A DNA stretch of 63,803 bases, the filler included, from Chrysochromulina tobinii (taxonomy: Eukaryota), in assembly GCA_001275005.1 (NCBI GenBank). It is 5 parts of 5 records of this genome, joined end to end, with 100 filler letters (N's around TTAATTAATTAA, not from the genome) between each part and the next. Parts side by side here need not be neighbours in the genome. Positions count along the whole stretch, not along the records: positions 22,385 to 39,592 come from JWZX01001372.1; 4 more parts are not named here. The stretch is one strand, 5' to 3'. The position numbers and the translations under genes are program-made. Of the stretch, positions 22,672-35,502 are shown piece by piece. Below the pieces are notes generated by a model. That model worked only from the letters and a program-made list of their open reading frames with translations, ran no database searches and was not told the DNA's origin. The number at the start of each line of letters is the position of its first letter. Position 1 is the stretch's first letter.

Positions 22672-25115
22672 TCACCACCAGAAAGGGAAGCCGAAGTTCG
22701 GGGCCACACCATCTGCAGCCGACGCTATCAGGCGTTGGACTGCGAACTCTCGATACACCGCATCGGAAGTGACGAGCTCCAGCGACTGCTTGTCGCCGAT
22801 GCTTGCGAATTCGGGATCGGATGGCTTTCTCTGCAGGATGGCTCCGACGTTCACACCTTGCTTGTGGCACAGCACGATTTTCTTTCGCAGCTCGATGGCG
22901 CGACGTAGCTCCATGACACAGAATGTGCTGTCAAAGTATCCATTGCTCAGCACGAGCACGAACGTCTTGGAATGTTCCACCCCTTCCATCATGGCAGCTG
23001 TGCTGCAGTCCTTCATGTTTTTATCGAGCCACACTCTCTTGCCTGCCTTTAGAAGGTCCATAGTGATGAGCGCCATATCAGGGCCGCTTTCACCCTGCTT
23101 GTGAGACATGAAGAAGTCCCACGGGGCACCTTGGTTGATCATCGAGGCGGCCGCCTGTTGCAGCGAGGGGCTGCTTGGGGAGGTCAGGCGGTCGCTCAAG
23201 TGGCCAGCGAGTCCGGATGTCGGTGCCTGCAGCATGCCGCGCAGCTTCATGCCGGGGACATGCTTCAGGCCGAGATGGCGAACAAAGTCGTCGACCAGGT
23301 TGTACTCGACCAAGTCGGACACGCTCGTCACGCCCTGCTCGTCGCAAAACGCGATCGACTTCTTCAACGTCACGTCGTCGGCGATGTTGGCAGTCGTGAG
23401 CACCTGCAGCAGGCCCAGCGCCGTGGCTCGGCGCCGTAGCTCCTCCGCCGCGGCCTTGTCGGCGGCCGCCCTCTCGGCGGCCGCCCTCTCCACCGCGGCC
23501 TTCTCCGCCGTCGCCTTGTCGGCCGCCCTCTTCTCCGCCGCCACCTTCTCGGCCGCCGCCCTCTCCGCCGCCGCCCTCTCGGCGGCCGCCCTCTTCTCAG
23601 CCGCCACCTTCTCCGCCGCCACCTTCTCCGCCGCCGCCTTCTCGGCCGCCGCCTTCTCAGCCGCCGCCTTGTCGGCCGCCGCCTTGTCGGCCGCCGCCTT
23701 GTCGGCCGCCGCCTTGTCGGCTGCCGCCTTCGCGGCCGCCGCCTTGTCCCACCTGTTTGGAAGCAAACGGGCGAACGCACGCTGTCGGCGCTGTGCAGTG
23801 GCGCCCATCACGGCGCGCCATCGCATGCAATCATTAGCATTCAGGAAGCGCGAGGGCACAGCACAGAGCTTTGCAGTCAGCGGCAGTGGAGGCAGCAGCG
23901 CCCTCTCCGAGGACGACGGCGTGGGGCGACGGCGTGGGGCGACTGAGTGCTGCCTGAGTGCTGCTGAGTGCTGCTGATTGCCGATGATTGCGCCTGAGTG
24001 CTCATGAGTGCGCCAGAGAGCGTTCCAGTGCGCGCCTGAGCGCGCGTCGCCACTGTCTGTGGCGCGGCGGGCGCGGCCGATCGCAGCCGCGACGAGTCGC
24101 AAACCAGGCCGCGAGTCCGCCGCCGACACCCGACGTGCCCACCACGGCGCGTGGGAGTGGCCCGTGCGGACTCCGTCCTAAAATCTTGAGGATGTGCGAT
24201 GGCGAGGCGCTGTGTGGCCCCATGGGGGGAGCGCTGCGTCCTCTCGGCTTCATCCCATGGTGATTGGCCGCCATTCGTTTGCCGAGCGGCCGAAAACCCG
24301 TGGTCCGCGTGCGCCCAAGACGGCGCCTCTGCACATCCGCTCGGCATCGCTGGGCAATCAGTGTGCATGCGCGCGGCGTACCGAGGCTCGCTGAGGAGCG
24401 CCACGACCTCGCTCCTGCCCCACGACCGGTCGCAGTCGAGGGCCGTGTTGCCGGCCTTGTTTCGGAGCGTCGGGTCCGCGCCCCCCTCGAGGAGGAGCTT
24501 GGTGACTGCGAGGTGGCCCTCGTATGCCGCCCAATGCAATGCTGTCCAACCGTCGACCTGAAGGAGCACACCGGGTCCATCGCTCGTTACTCGTCCGCGA
24601 TCCCATGGCACGGGCTCGAGGAGGGCAGGCTCGAGACTTACATCCGTGGCGTTCACGGCCGCCTTGGAGTCGAGGAGGAGTCGGACGCACCCTTCGCGCC
24701 CGTACACTGAGGAGATAATAAGGGCTGTGAACTCGCCGTGCTGCAATGACACGATCTCCAAAATGAGAAGAGACGAACATCGTGCGGGCGGGCGGCGCGC
24801 GCCGTACGTCGAGGAGGCGTGTGCCAAGCTCGGCAAGGCGGCGGGGCGGCGGCACAGCCAGCCCGCGCGCGCGCCGTGCCGCTCGCTGGCTATGGGGAGA
24901 CGGCGCCGTATCGGGCGGGCATTGTCTCTGTGGCGGAATCGACCGAAGCACGGCGAGGACGCGGGCGCCCACGCGAGGCACATGCGGCGGCGCACCCCAG
25001 GATTGTGCCAGTTGACGTTCCCTCCGCGCTCGATCAGCCGCCCGAACTCCGCCTCGTCGCCGTCGCTTGCGGCATTCCACAATTTCTCGGCCTTGGAGGG
25101 ACCGAACCAGCCCAT
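22672..25115 (-). CDS. Ankyrin repeats - ([10 protein letters not shown])n helix - SAM-like - TIR domain protein; exons ~24996-25115, 24642-24740, 24382-24557, 22672-23752
   Basis: Ankyrin units [28 protein letters not shown] and [25 protein letters not shown] introns join in frame; [48 protein letters not shown]. Confidence 0.88.
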
Positions 25116-25331
25116 GTGTTCTGCGCGGTGTCAGCGGCGCGCGAGGGTCGGCCAACGAGTTCCCTGCCACGCAATCGGAGCGAAATTGTCAGACCCCCGA
25201 GTCCCCAAAGGTGCGAAGCATGCCATGCTCCGCGAGGGCGCTTCGACTCAAGGGCCAATTCCATGCTCGACGAGGGCTGCCTCCCGGCCGGGCTCCCGAG
25301 TTGGCCGTAAGGGCCAGCGCGCACGCCAGAT

Positions 25332-25553
25332 GAGGGCCAGCGCTAACACGAGCACGCCATGGCGTCACAGTCACGTACCTCTCGACCCGGCGCGCGCCCA
25401 CAGCAATGGACTGCACAAGCCCACCGCTTTTCCCATCGCGAAGGAAGGTCCGCAAAAACTTGTTCCAAAATTGATGACCACCGCAATTCGGCCATTGGCA
25501 TGCCTTCTGATTGCCTCTCTGACTGCCCACGTCAAGGTGCGCGATCACAGAGC
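25332..25553 (+). repeat. Interspersed repeat family B, copy 1 (inverted relative to 39385-39592)
   Basis: Long identical blocks with the reverse complement of 39385-39592; both stop sharing similarity at ..GCGATCACAGAGC. Confidence 0.9.
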
Positions 25554-26007
25554 CTAATATATAGCTCCGTACCATTAGTACACGGCGTGTCGCTGTCGGC
25601 AAGTAAATCGCGGAGCGACATTATAGTGATTAGAAAGACCGCACGGGGCACGGCGCACGCACGGCGGTTTCAAGATCTTTCTTGCGGCGTTGCGGCGCGG
25701 CTCGCACGGACGCGGACAACGGAGATGTGGGCGCGCGTCGACGTTCTGAGCGCACGATCCACGCAAGTCGCAACTAACCATCAAGGGGATTAACGGCCAG
25801 GAGTATACCGCACAGGTTGTGATTGCGATCGGCCAACACCTCCGTCAATGTGATTGTGGCCCGCTCATGCTTGGGGGTCTGGTCTCCGTAGGTTTTTCGA
25901 CTAAAACGCTATTAAGGAAAAGCCAAGCGGCAAGCCTATTGCCTAACGCCCTGATTGCCTATAGCTTGATCCCACACGTGAGACTTATGCAAACCTCTCG
26001 CGGCGGC

Positions 26008-29000
26008 CTAGGTCCAGGCATAGGGTTCCTCAATTGCGAGCAAGCGCGTAAAGTTGAGGCAGAAGCGGCAGGTAGCGCCGCCGCCTCTCGTCGAGCCGCG
26101 ATCTGAGATCGCATCTGGACTGCGCGCCATTTCGTCAATTTCGTCCCCGAACGCCAGTAGCGAAGGCGGCACGCGCACCGTGGCACACGAGATGCACCAG
26201 CCACCTGCCGGCCCGAGGGCAAGCCCAATCAGATCCAATCAGATCCAATCAAGTCCAATCAAGTCCAATCAAGTCCAATCAAGTCCAATCAAGTCCAATC
26301 AAGTCCAATCAGATCCAATCAGATCCAATCAAGTCCAATCAAGTCCAATCAAGTCCAATCAAGTCCAATCAAGTCCAATCAAGTCCAATCAGATCCAATC
26401 AGATCCAATCAAGTCCAATCAGGCACCTGCCGGTCCGAGGGCAAGCAGCCGCTCGAGCTCGAGGCCGAGCTCCGACGATCTCCCTCCGAGCTCCGACGAT
26501 CTCCCTCCGAGCTCCGACGATCTCCCTCCGAGCTCCGACGAAACTCTTGCTTTGGCCGACAGCGGCGCGTCGCCTGTGGTTGGCCAAGTGAGCTCAAGGA
26601 CAACGGCAGCGGCAGTTGGCTCCTCCTCGCCCAACACGGCGCCCACGGCAGCGGCAGTTGGCTCCTCCTCGCCCAACACGGCGCCCAACGGCTGGCGAGC
26701 AGGAGGGCCGGCGCGCGCGAGGGCGGTGGCGAGGGCGGCAGGTGTGAGGGGTGTGCTGGCAGTTGGCAGCACGGTCGACGCGGGCAGCAACGTGTACGTC
26801 GCGTCGCGTGCCGCCGCGTCCGCCCAAGCTTCCAAATTTAGCAGGTGCTCCAACGGACACTCAAACGGAAGGTAACGCTCCGCCTCGGCCGTTGGCAGTT
26901 GGCAGCCCTTGGCGATCAGCTCGGTGAGCGTGCCGCTAGGGTCCCGATCACAATGGCACGTCAGGCGCGGCAGCACGAGTGTGCGCTTGAGAAGGGCGGC
27001 GATCACGAATGCTTGCCGGATCGCGCGCAGCTGATTCCCCACAGCCGATGCGTGGGCGGCGAGGCATGCGAACCCTCCATATTTGGGACCCCCGAGCCCT
27101 CCAGCAGCGTCCTTAGACGCGCCGCGCGGGACAGCTCCCACCTCGAGCTTGAGCGCCGTGTCGAGCTTGAGCGTCAGGTAGCGACGCGGGGATGGTCCAA
27201 CGTGCACGGGGGCTTCCAGCGCCTGATTGTGACGCGCCGTATCGAGCACGGGGGCTTCCAGCGCCTGAGCGTGACGCGCCGTATCGAGCACGGGAGCTTC
27301 CAGCGTCTGATTGTGACGCGCCGTATCGAGCACCGTCTCGAGCCACAGGCCGCTCTGACGAAGCCGCAGACCAATCAGCTCGGCGCTCTCCGTACCTGAC
27401 GATGCAATCAGGTCCAATCATATCCAGTCAGATGCAATCAAGTCAATCAGATGCAATCAGATCCAATCAGATGCAATCAAGTACAATCAGATGAAATCGG
27501 ATGCAATCAGATACAATCAAGTCCAATCAGCTCGGAGCTCTCCGTACCTGCCGTCAAGGGCAGCGGCACGAGCTGCGGGCGCAGCGCATAGGGCTCCATG
27601 CCGAGCGCCTCGTGCGACGCGCGCTGCACCCAGTGCACGTGGCCGCTCGCGAACAGCGCGAGCGGCAGCACACCGACGAGCGCCGTATCGAGCACACCGT
27701 CGAGCGCCGCGACGGCGCTCGGCACGCGCATCTCGAAGAGGCGCGAGGTTTGACGAACCCCGAGCATTTCAATCGGCTCGAGCCCGGGCCAGACACCCGA
27801 GGGGCCTGACGAACCTGACGAGCCTGACGAGCCTGACGAGCCTGACGAAGCTGACGAAGCTGACGAAGCTGACGAAGCTGACGAAGCTGACGAAGCTGAC
27901 GAACCCCCAGAGGGGCCGCCGCCTCCGGCTGCAGCGAGCATCTGCTGGAAGAGAGGGCCGGCGCGGGTGGCCCACTGCTCCAGGTGGCCGGGGGGGGCGG
28001 CGGCGATGGTGGTGTTGGCGGTGCCGCTACGTGTGCGGATCGCTGCATGCTCGGTGAGGAGCACCTGATGAAAGGGGGCCATCAGGCAGGCAATCAAGAG
28101 GCAATCACGAGGCAATCAAGAGGCAATCAAGAGGCCATCAAGAGGCCATCAAGCGGCCATCAAGAGGCCATCAAGAGCACCTCGCGCCACGCCGCGACGA
28201 ACGCCCGAGCCGCCGCCGTCGAGCGCAGCACCAGTATCGAGGGGTCGAGGCCTCCCCATTTCACATAACCGCCACCACCGAGGGCGTCCTGGCGCACCTG
28301 ATGAGGGGGGCAATCAGACACAATCAAGGCGCACCGAGAGCATCTCCGTCTGATGAGAGAGGCAATCAGACACAATCAAGGCGCACCGAGAGCATCTCCG
28401 TCTGATGAGAGAGGCAATCAGACGCACTCAATGAGAGCATCTCCAGCTGATGAGGGGGGCAATCAGACGCACTCAGGGGCGCACCGAGAGCATCTCCGTC
28501 TGATGAGAGAGGCAATCAGTCGCACCGAGAGCATCTCCGTCGCGACCATCGCATCTGATGAGGGGGGCAATCAGACGCAATCAAGGCGCACCGAGAGCAT
28601 CTCCGTCGCGACCATCGCATCCGCAGGCCCGAGTGGAGCGCACTGCAAGCTGCCCGCCGTGGGGCCATCGCACCTGATGAGGGGGGCCATCAGACACACT
28701 CAGGCCCGAGTGGAGCGCATGCAAGTGGGGCCATCGCACCTGATGAGAGAGGCAATCAGACACAATCAAGGTCGTCGCACCGTATCCATGGGCCAGGGTC
28801 CTTCCACCATTGCACTGATGGCATCGAGAGCACCAACGGCCGTCCGTGGCGTAGCAGCAGCTCGCCTGATGAGGGGGGTAATCAGGTCCACTTGGGCAAT
28901 CAGGAGAGTACCAACGGCCGTCTGTGGCGCAGCAGCAGCTCGCCTGCCACGTGGACGCATGCACTCAGACGCAATCAGACGCACTCAGACGCAATCAGGT

Positions 29001-32000
29001 GCAATCAGGCGCAAGCAGACGCAATCAGCTCGCCTGCCACGTGGACGCATGCCGCCACGCTGGCCGCCCACGACGACGCGCTCGGCAGCCGCTCGTAATG
29101 GAGCCCGAGACGGCGCGCCACGTGGATGGCCTCGTCCGAGGATGCGAGGACGAGGAGGCCCTCCGCCGAGCCGCGCGCCTTGAGCGCAGCGAGCGCCCAT
29201 TGCTGGAGGAGCTGCACCTGATGAGGGGGGGCAATCAGACACACTCAGGCCCGCAAGGTGGCAATCAGAGACACTCAGGAGTGCCCACTTCGGCGCTGGA
29301 GTTTCGTGCACCTAATGAGGGTGGCAATCAGAGACACTCAGGAGTGCCCACCTCGGCGCTGGAGCTTCGTGCATTTGCCGATTGGGGAAGGGAGCACACT
29401 GCGAGGAGTACGTGATCCGCGCCAGTCCGGCTGTCGAGATCGACATCTCGGAGTACGTGTGCCGCGACAGCGCCGTCCCGGGCATCCATAGCGCCGTACT
29501 GGGCATCAATAGCGCCGTACTGGGCACTCGTCTCGCTGCGGCGGTGGCGTGCGCACTCGGTGAGCGCGTCCTCAGGAGTTTGGAAGCCCCAATCGCACGG
29601 CAGGAAGCCCTTGCCACGTGGGTCCTCATCGGTCGTCCACGCGGAGCGCAGCGAGTGCTCCGTGCAGCAGGGGGCGGCGTCGCCCGCCCGCGCTGAGCGC
29701 CCTTCTGTGTAGCAAAACAGCCGCGAGTAGCGCAGCAGCGACAGCGCCAAAGCGCGGTCCGCGGCTCTGGCGGGCGCTGTGAATTCACACCGGGCCGCTG
29801 GGAGGCTCGAGAGGGAGATTACCTGTGCGGGGCCGCGCGGTGGTGAGCACTTGCATGCAAGGCGGGCCGTTGGGAGGCTCGAGAGGGAGATGACCTGGAC
29901 AATCGCTTGGGAGATCTCCTCCGAGATCTCCTCCGAGATCTCCTCCGAGATCTCCTCCGAGATCTCCTCCGAGATCTCCTCCGAGATCTCCTCCCCCGCC
30001 CCCTCGTGCGACGTGCGCCTAGCGTCCAGCTGTGAAGACCAGGGCTGTGAAGACGTGTCGCCCAGGCGGCCGGCTGCTGCTCGCGCCGCGAGCCGTCGCT
30101 GGTGGCGGGCGTGATGGTGGCGGTGGCGGTGGTGGGCGTGATGGTGGCGGTGGCGGTGGGGATGGTGATGCTCAAGCCATCGGGGAGGTCGCCAGCTCAA
30201 CCGGCCCTGCGTCGACCAGCGTGGCACGTCGATGATGTGATCGACCGGGCATTCAAATGGCAGCGCGGTGCTCATGGCGCCAATGGCGCGGCAACTGCTC
30301 ATGCCACCCCAATAGAGGTCACAGAAGCACCACGCTGGCGGCAGCACCGCCGTCCGATTGCGGGCGAGCGCGATCGAGAGCAACCCCAGCACACGCCGCC
30401 GCCAAGCAGCATCGAGCGCCTTGTGCAGACGGATCAACGCACGCGAGTCGTTGCGGCTCACGCCCTCAGCGAGGCTGGCGTCGCGCCTCAGGGCGGCCTC
30501 GACGTCGGACCGCAGCGCCGTCTCTGCCGCCGCCTCGTCGAGCACTACGAGGCGAGCCTCCTCGCGCTCCATCCGCGCAGACGAGATCTCGGACGAAATC
30601 TCGGAGGAGATCTCGGAGGAGATCTCGGACGAGATCTCGGACGAAATCTCGGAGAAGATCTCGGGCGCAGCCGAGGGGAGTGGTCGAGGCTCCGCGGCCG
30701 TTGGCGGCGTTGTGGCGAGCGCTCCACCGGCCGAAGGGCGCGATCTCGCCAGCCAGATCGGCCCCACGTGCCACAGCCCAGCCTGCATCAGGCGCGCGCG
30801 CTTGCCCCATGCAAACTATGCCACGCCATCGAGGATCGGAAGCATTTAGAACGAATCAGAGCGAATCAGTACCAATCAGAGCCAATCACAGGTGGCATGC
30901 AAGGCAATCGGTGCATGCAAGGCAATCAGTGCATGCACCTGCGCCGTGTCTCCAAATTGAAAAGTCGTATGTACCACGAACGGCAGGGGCGGCGCGAGGC
31001 GTGAGCACGCACACGTGGCAGCTGCGTGCTGATCAGCCTGCTGGCACATGGCGCACGGGTGCTGCACAAAGAACGTGTGGCCGTTGGCCACGTCATCCAG
31101 CGGGAGCAGACCGATGCGCACTTTGCCATTCGCTCCAATGTAGGTGCGGCTCGGAGCGCCCGCGACGGCGCCTGTGGACTCTCGTTTGAAGCCCTCTCGC
31201 ACCTGATGAGGGACGCCATCATTCGCAATCATTCGCAATCATTCGCCATCAGGCGCAATCAGGCTCAATCAGGTCTCTCGCACCATGTTGTTGAGCACGG
31301 CCTGGTCGTCGAGCCACGGCTCGGGCCCCACCGTCTCCATGCGCCGCGCCCACTCGCTCGTGAAAGCGAGCGCCGCCTCCGTTGAACGCAAGTAGAGGAC
31401 GCCGGTGTTCAGGTTGGCCTCGGTACACTCGCCACGCCGGTCGGCGGCGAGGTCGATGCAGTCGGTGCTCAAGAGGACATCGGCGGCGGCGAGGGAGGGG
31501 CGCATCGCGATCTCCGTCGACGGCGGACGGAGGAAGCTCACGTCAGCGTCGCATACCCAAAGCCCACCGGCGCCGCCGGCTCCGACCGCCGCCAGCAGCG
31601 TCGCAAGGAAGCGAGCTTTGCGGGCGCCCATTTTCTTGAACGCGCCGTAGTCCTTCCGAAAGTAGCCCGACGGGGAGGCCGCTGCGCCGCCGTCGATACG
31701 AAGCACGGGCACGTGAGCAGCTATGCAGGCGTCGTGCAGCTCCGCATCCAATGCGCCCACGACGAGGCTGGTCACGTTGAGCCGCACGAGCGTCGACAGC
31801 AGGCTCGAGAGGAAGGGAGCGAGCGCCATCGAGCCGAACGTGACGAGGAGGTCCTGGCCGGGAGCCATGGCAGCAGCGAGAGCGGCAACTCCGCCGCCAG
31901 AAATCGCCTTTGCCAACGCGGCGAACGGCAGTGCTGCAACAGCCTTGGCTGGTGAGCGGGCCGTTGCGGCATCCCTCTGTGATGCTCGCGCGCGATTTGG

Positions 32001-32123
32001 CCGTGCTTGCCTCGGTGGTGACTGGAGTGGCTGAATCGATGCCAGCGTGAGTAAAATTCCCAAGGATAAGGCGGCCACGACCAGTGCCAACACCCGAAGG
32101 CTGAGGAGTCGCCTTTGCGCCAT
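26008..32123 (-). CDS. Multi-exon type II membrane nucleotide-diphospho-sugar transferase (XEG113/GT77 arabinosyltransferase-like) with two tandem catalytic modules
   Basis: N-terminal TM; WVCDADVSF (DxD), NLNTGVLYLRST, WLDDQAVLN, ANGHTFFVQH, VVHTTFQF and WCFCDLYW..LPFECPVDH; second degenerate module LFASGHVHWVQR and CHCDRD..YLPFECPLEH. Exact exon structure only partly resolved. Confidence 0.8.
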
Positions 32124-32438
32124 GGCGAAGGGGTGTGTTCACAGGTGCCAGGCCGTTGACTAAATGCTGCAGTCCCAACTGAAAAATACATCTTGGACGA
32201 CACAAATCAAACGGGGCTCCACGCTGGCGGAGCGTTGTGCAGGATCCTTGTGCTGAAACGTGGACACATCTCCCTCCTTATCGCCGGTCCCCCCACCCCA
32301 GGGGCCGTGTGTCCGTGTGGGTGAGCTCGCGAGCTCTCCACAGGCTCAGCGGCACACCTCCGCCGCCCGTGGCCCACACGAGCACGGCCGTGTCGTCGTC
32401 ACACTCGAGGACGCTCGCTGCTCTGCCGCGCCTGATCA

Positions 32439-33949
32439 TCACGGCGCGAAGGCGGACATCCATGCGGGGCGGCGCCACGTGGCGCCCGCGAAGACCGCTG
32501 CCGAGCCGAGCTCCTCCTCGATGCGCATGAGCTGGTTGTACTTGGCGTTGCGGTCGGAGCGGCAGGGCGCACCGGTCTTGATCTGGCCGGTGCACAGGCC
32601 GACGGCGAGGTCGGCGATCGTCGTGTCCTCCGTCTCGCCCGAGCGGTGCGAGCACATGATGCCCCATCCCTCGTCCTTGCACATCTTCACAGCGGCGATG
32701 GCCTCCGTCATCGAGCCGATCTGGTTGACCTTGAGGAGGAGCGCATTGCACGCCTTCTTCTCAATCGCGTCCTTGACGCGCGCGACGTTGGTCACGGTCA
32801 GGTCGTCACCGACCACCTGCGTGGGCGTTCCGATCTTCTCCACGAGTGACGACCACGCCGCCCAGTCGTCCTGGTCGAAGGGGTCCTCAATGGTGATGAT
32901 CGGAAAGTCCTCGCACAGCTTGGCATAGAAGGCGCCGAGCTCCGCGCCGGTCATCTTGAGCTCGGGCGTCTTCTCGGCCTCCGGGTACCAGGTGCCCAGG
33001 TCGTAGCAGTCCTGGCCCTCCACCTTGAACTCGGACGCCGCAACGTCCATGCCGATCTTGCACTTGTCCTCGTAGCCCGCCTTCTTGATGGCCTCGACGA
33101 TGAGCTCGCAGCCGCCGCGAGCGTCGCACGGCGGCGCAAAGCCGCCCTCGTCGCCGATGAGCGTCGCGTCGCCGCCGTACTTCTTCTTGATGATCGCCTT
33201 CAGGTGGTGGTAGCACTCGCATCCGATGCGGACCGCCTCGGCGAACGTCGCCGCGCCCACCGGGATGATGAAGTACTCCTGGAACGCGAGCTTGTTGCCC
33301 GCGTGCGAGCCGCCGTTGATCACGTTGAAGCACGGCACCGGCAGCACGAGCTTGTCGTTGCCGGCGATCGTCGCGATGTGCTTGTACAGCGGCACGCCCG
33401 CCGCCTCGGCGCCCGCCTTGCACGCGGCCATCGAGACGCCGAGGATGGCGTTCGCACCGAAGTTGCCCTTGTTCGGGGTGCCGTCCGCGTCGCACATGAT
33501 CTTGTCCAGCGCGGCCAGGTCCATGACGCTCTTGCCCTTGATGAGCTCGTTGATCTTGGTGTTCACGTTCGCGACCGCAGTGAGGCAACCCTTGCCAAGG
33601 AATCGGTTCTTGTCGCCGTCGCGCAGCTCCACAGCCTCGTAGATGCCCGTGGACGCGCCCGACGGGACCATCGCCCTGGCCACGATGCCGCCCTCGGTGA
33701 AGAGGTCAACCTGCACAGATACGCACGCGACACGCATGATTGTCAGCCCTGCTGCACACGGAACTATTGCACATGAAGCCGACGCAGCGGCCCATTCAGT
33801 TCACGGATCGACGAGGGGCGGCGAACCTCGATGGTGGGGTTGCCACGCGAGTCGAGGATCTCGCGAGCCTTGACCTCCTTGATGATGTCGAGCTTGAGAG
33901 CCGACGTGTCCACGCCCGCGGCCTTGAGTGCAGCGATCCCGATCGGCAT
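32439..33949 (-). CDS. ENO: Enolase (exons 33827-33949, 32439-33710)
   Basis: [56 protein letters not shown] and [19 protein letters not shown]. Confidence 0.98.
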
Positions 33950-34560
33950 TGTAGGAGACGGATCCGACGCGAATCAGCAATCTCGAGCGAAAGCTCACGC
34001 GATCCTCCTTCGCGGAGAACGACGTGCTCGGTTTTGGCAGCCGCCTAGAGTGCAACGTATTGCAGTGAGTCTGACAGTCAGTTTCGTCGCGGTCCGCACG
34101 GTAAACATAAGCACTGAGTACTCGCTCGCTCGGGCTACACTCAATTTCGCTATACAATGTATCCGAAAGGGTCCACACACCATGCCAAAAACTGTCCGAA
34201 GCCCCGATGCGCGGTCGTGGACAGCCAGCGTGTAACCGTGATAGGACGTTACGAACGCCTGGAGACGCCTGTTCCCCTGCTTGTTGACTGTGTGACCACC
34301 CGACGTCGCGGGAGAGGCACATCAAGCCGCGACATGGCTCCACTCTATCAACGCTGCTCTGCTTGCTGCGCATGCCCACGCGAATCTCATAGCTTAACCT
34401 TGGCTGCGCCCAATGCGTTCTCACGAATCTTGAGCTGCCAGATTGCCACGCCACGCGCGCGCAAACGCAGCATGCCAACCGCGCGAGCCGAGGACGCGAC
34501 GGTGAGCGAACTTTGGGTGCAAGCACAGGCGCGCGTTCGAGTCGGCCACTGCGCCGCACC

Positions 34561-34963
34561 ATCTGAACTTTTTGCTCGTCGGACAGTGCCTCAACCTCAC
34601 CTGCCGTCAAATCCCGACCAATCACATCTTCCTCGGGCCGCAAGACCTGGTGCAAATAGTCGCGCCACTGCCGCTCAAACTCCACGAGGAACGTGGTCTG
34701 ACGCGCATGCGATTCTCGAACGAACAGACCAGTCACTAACAGCTGGTGTGCCTCGGCAGGCGAGCACGACGCACCGATGCTTTCCGATGGGCTCGAAACT
34801 CCTCGCGGACGTACGCGTCGCCTAGCTCTCGGTGAGCGGCAGGCAAGTGCCGCTCGTGCGCACGGAGAATCTGCCGGAAGAGCGCGAGTCGCGGATACTG
34901 AAGCTGCGGCGCACGTCCCTTGGCCGCTTTGGCCGCGGCCTTGACAACCCTGATGGAGTCCAT
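34561..34963 (-). CDS. SDHAF3: LYR-motif succinate dehydrogenase assembly factor 3 (ACN9)-like; 3' exon unresolved
   Basis: LFRQILRAHERHLPAAHRELGDAYVREEFRAHR, then in a second frame FERQWRDYL..IGRDLTAGEVEALSDEQKVQM. Confidence 0.8.
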
Positions 34964-35502
34964 TGATCGGAATTTACCACGAAACTAAACCGATACAGCG
35001 CTTTACTTTTGAAGTCCAGCAAGTCATTACTGTAAATGAAACCGGACCAGCGGTTGAGATGGTTCGGTTCTGGAAGTTCGGTGAATTCCTCACTCGATTT
35101 TCGCTCGACTAATATGCTAATTCCTGTGTAGCTGGACACGACGCCCAGCGCTCTACGCATGGCATCCGCGTATCTTCGTATGTGTGCTATCGCTCTTCTG
35201 TCTTCTGAGTCGCTGAGAGCTCCTGAGCCGTCCGCGCGCGTGTGATTGAATCTGTGTCAACTGCCCGATCACTCTCCCCAGCGGAGTTGGTGACGAACCT
35301 GACGAACCTGACGTGCCCGATCACTCTCCCCAGCAGAGTTGGTGACGGCTGACGGCCACACTGACGAACCTGACGAACCTGACGGCTGACGGCCCTGACG
35401 GCCACACCGCGTGACAAGGCGTGTGGTGCGGTCTTCTGGTGGCCGCCGTGTGCCGTGTGCGCTGCGAGGTGCGCCGCGATCTTGATCCCGTCGTGCGCTC
35501 GA

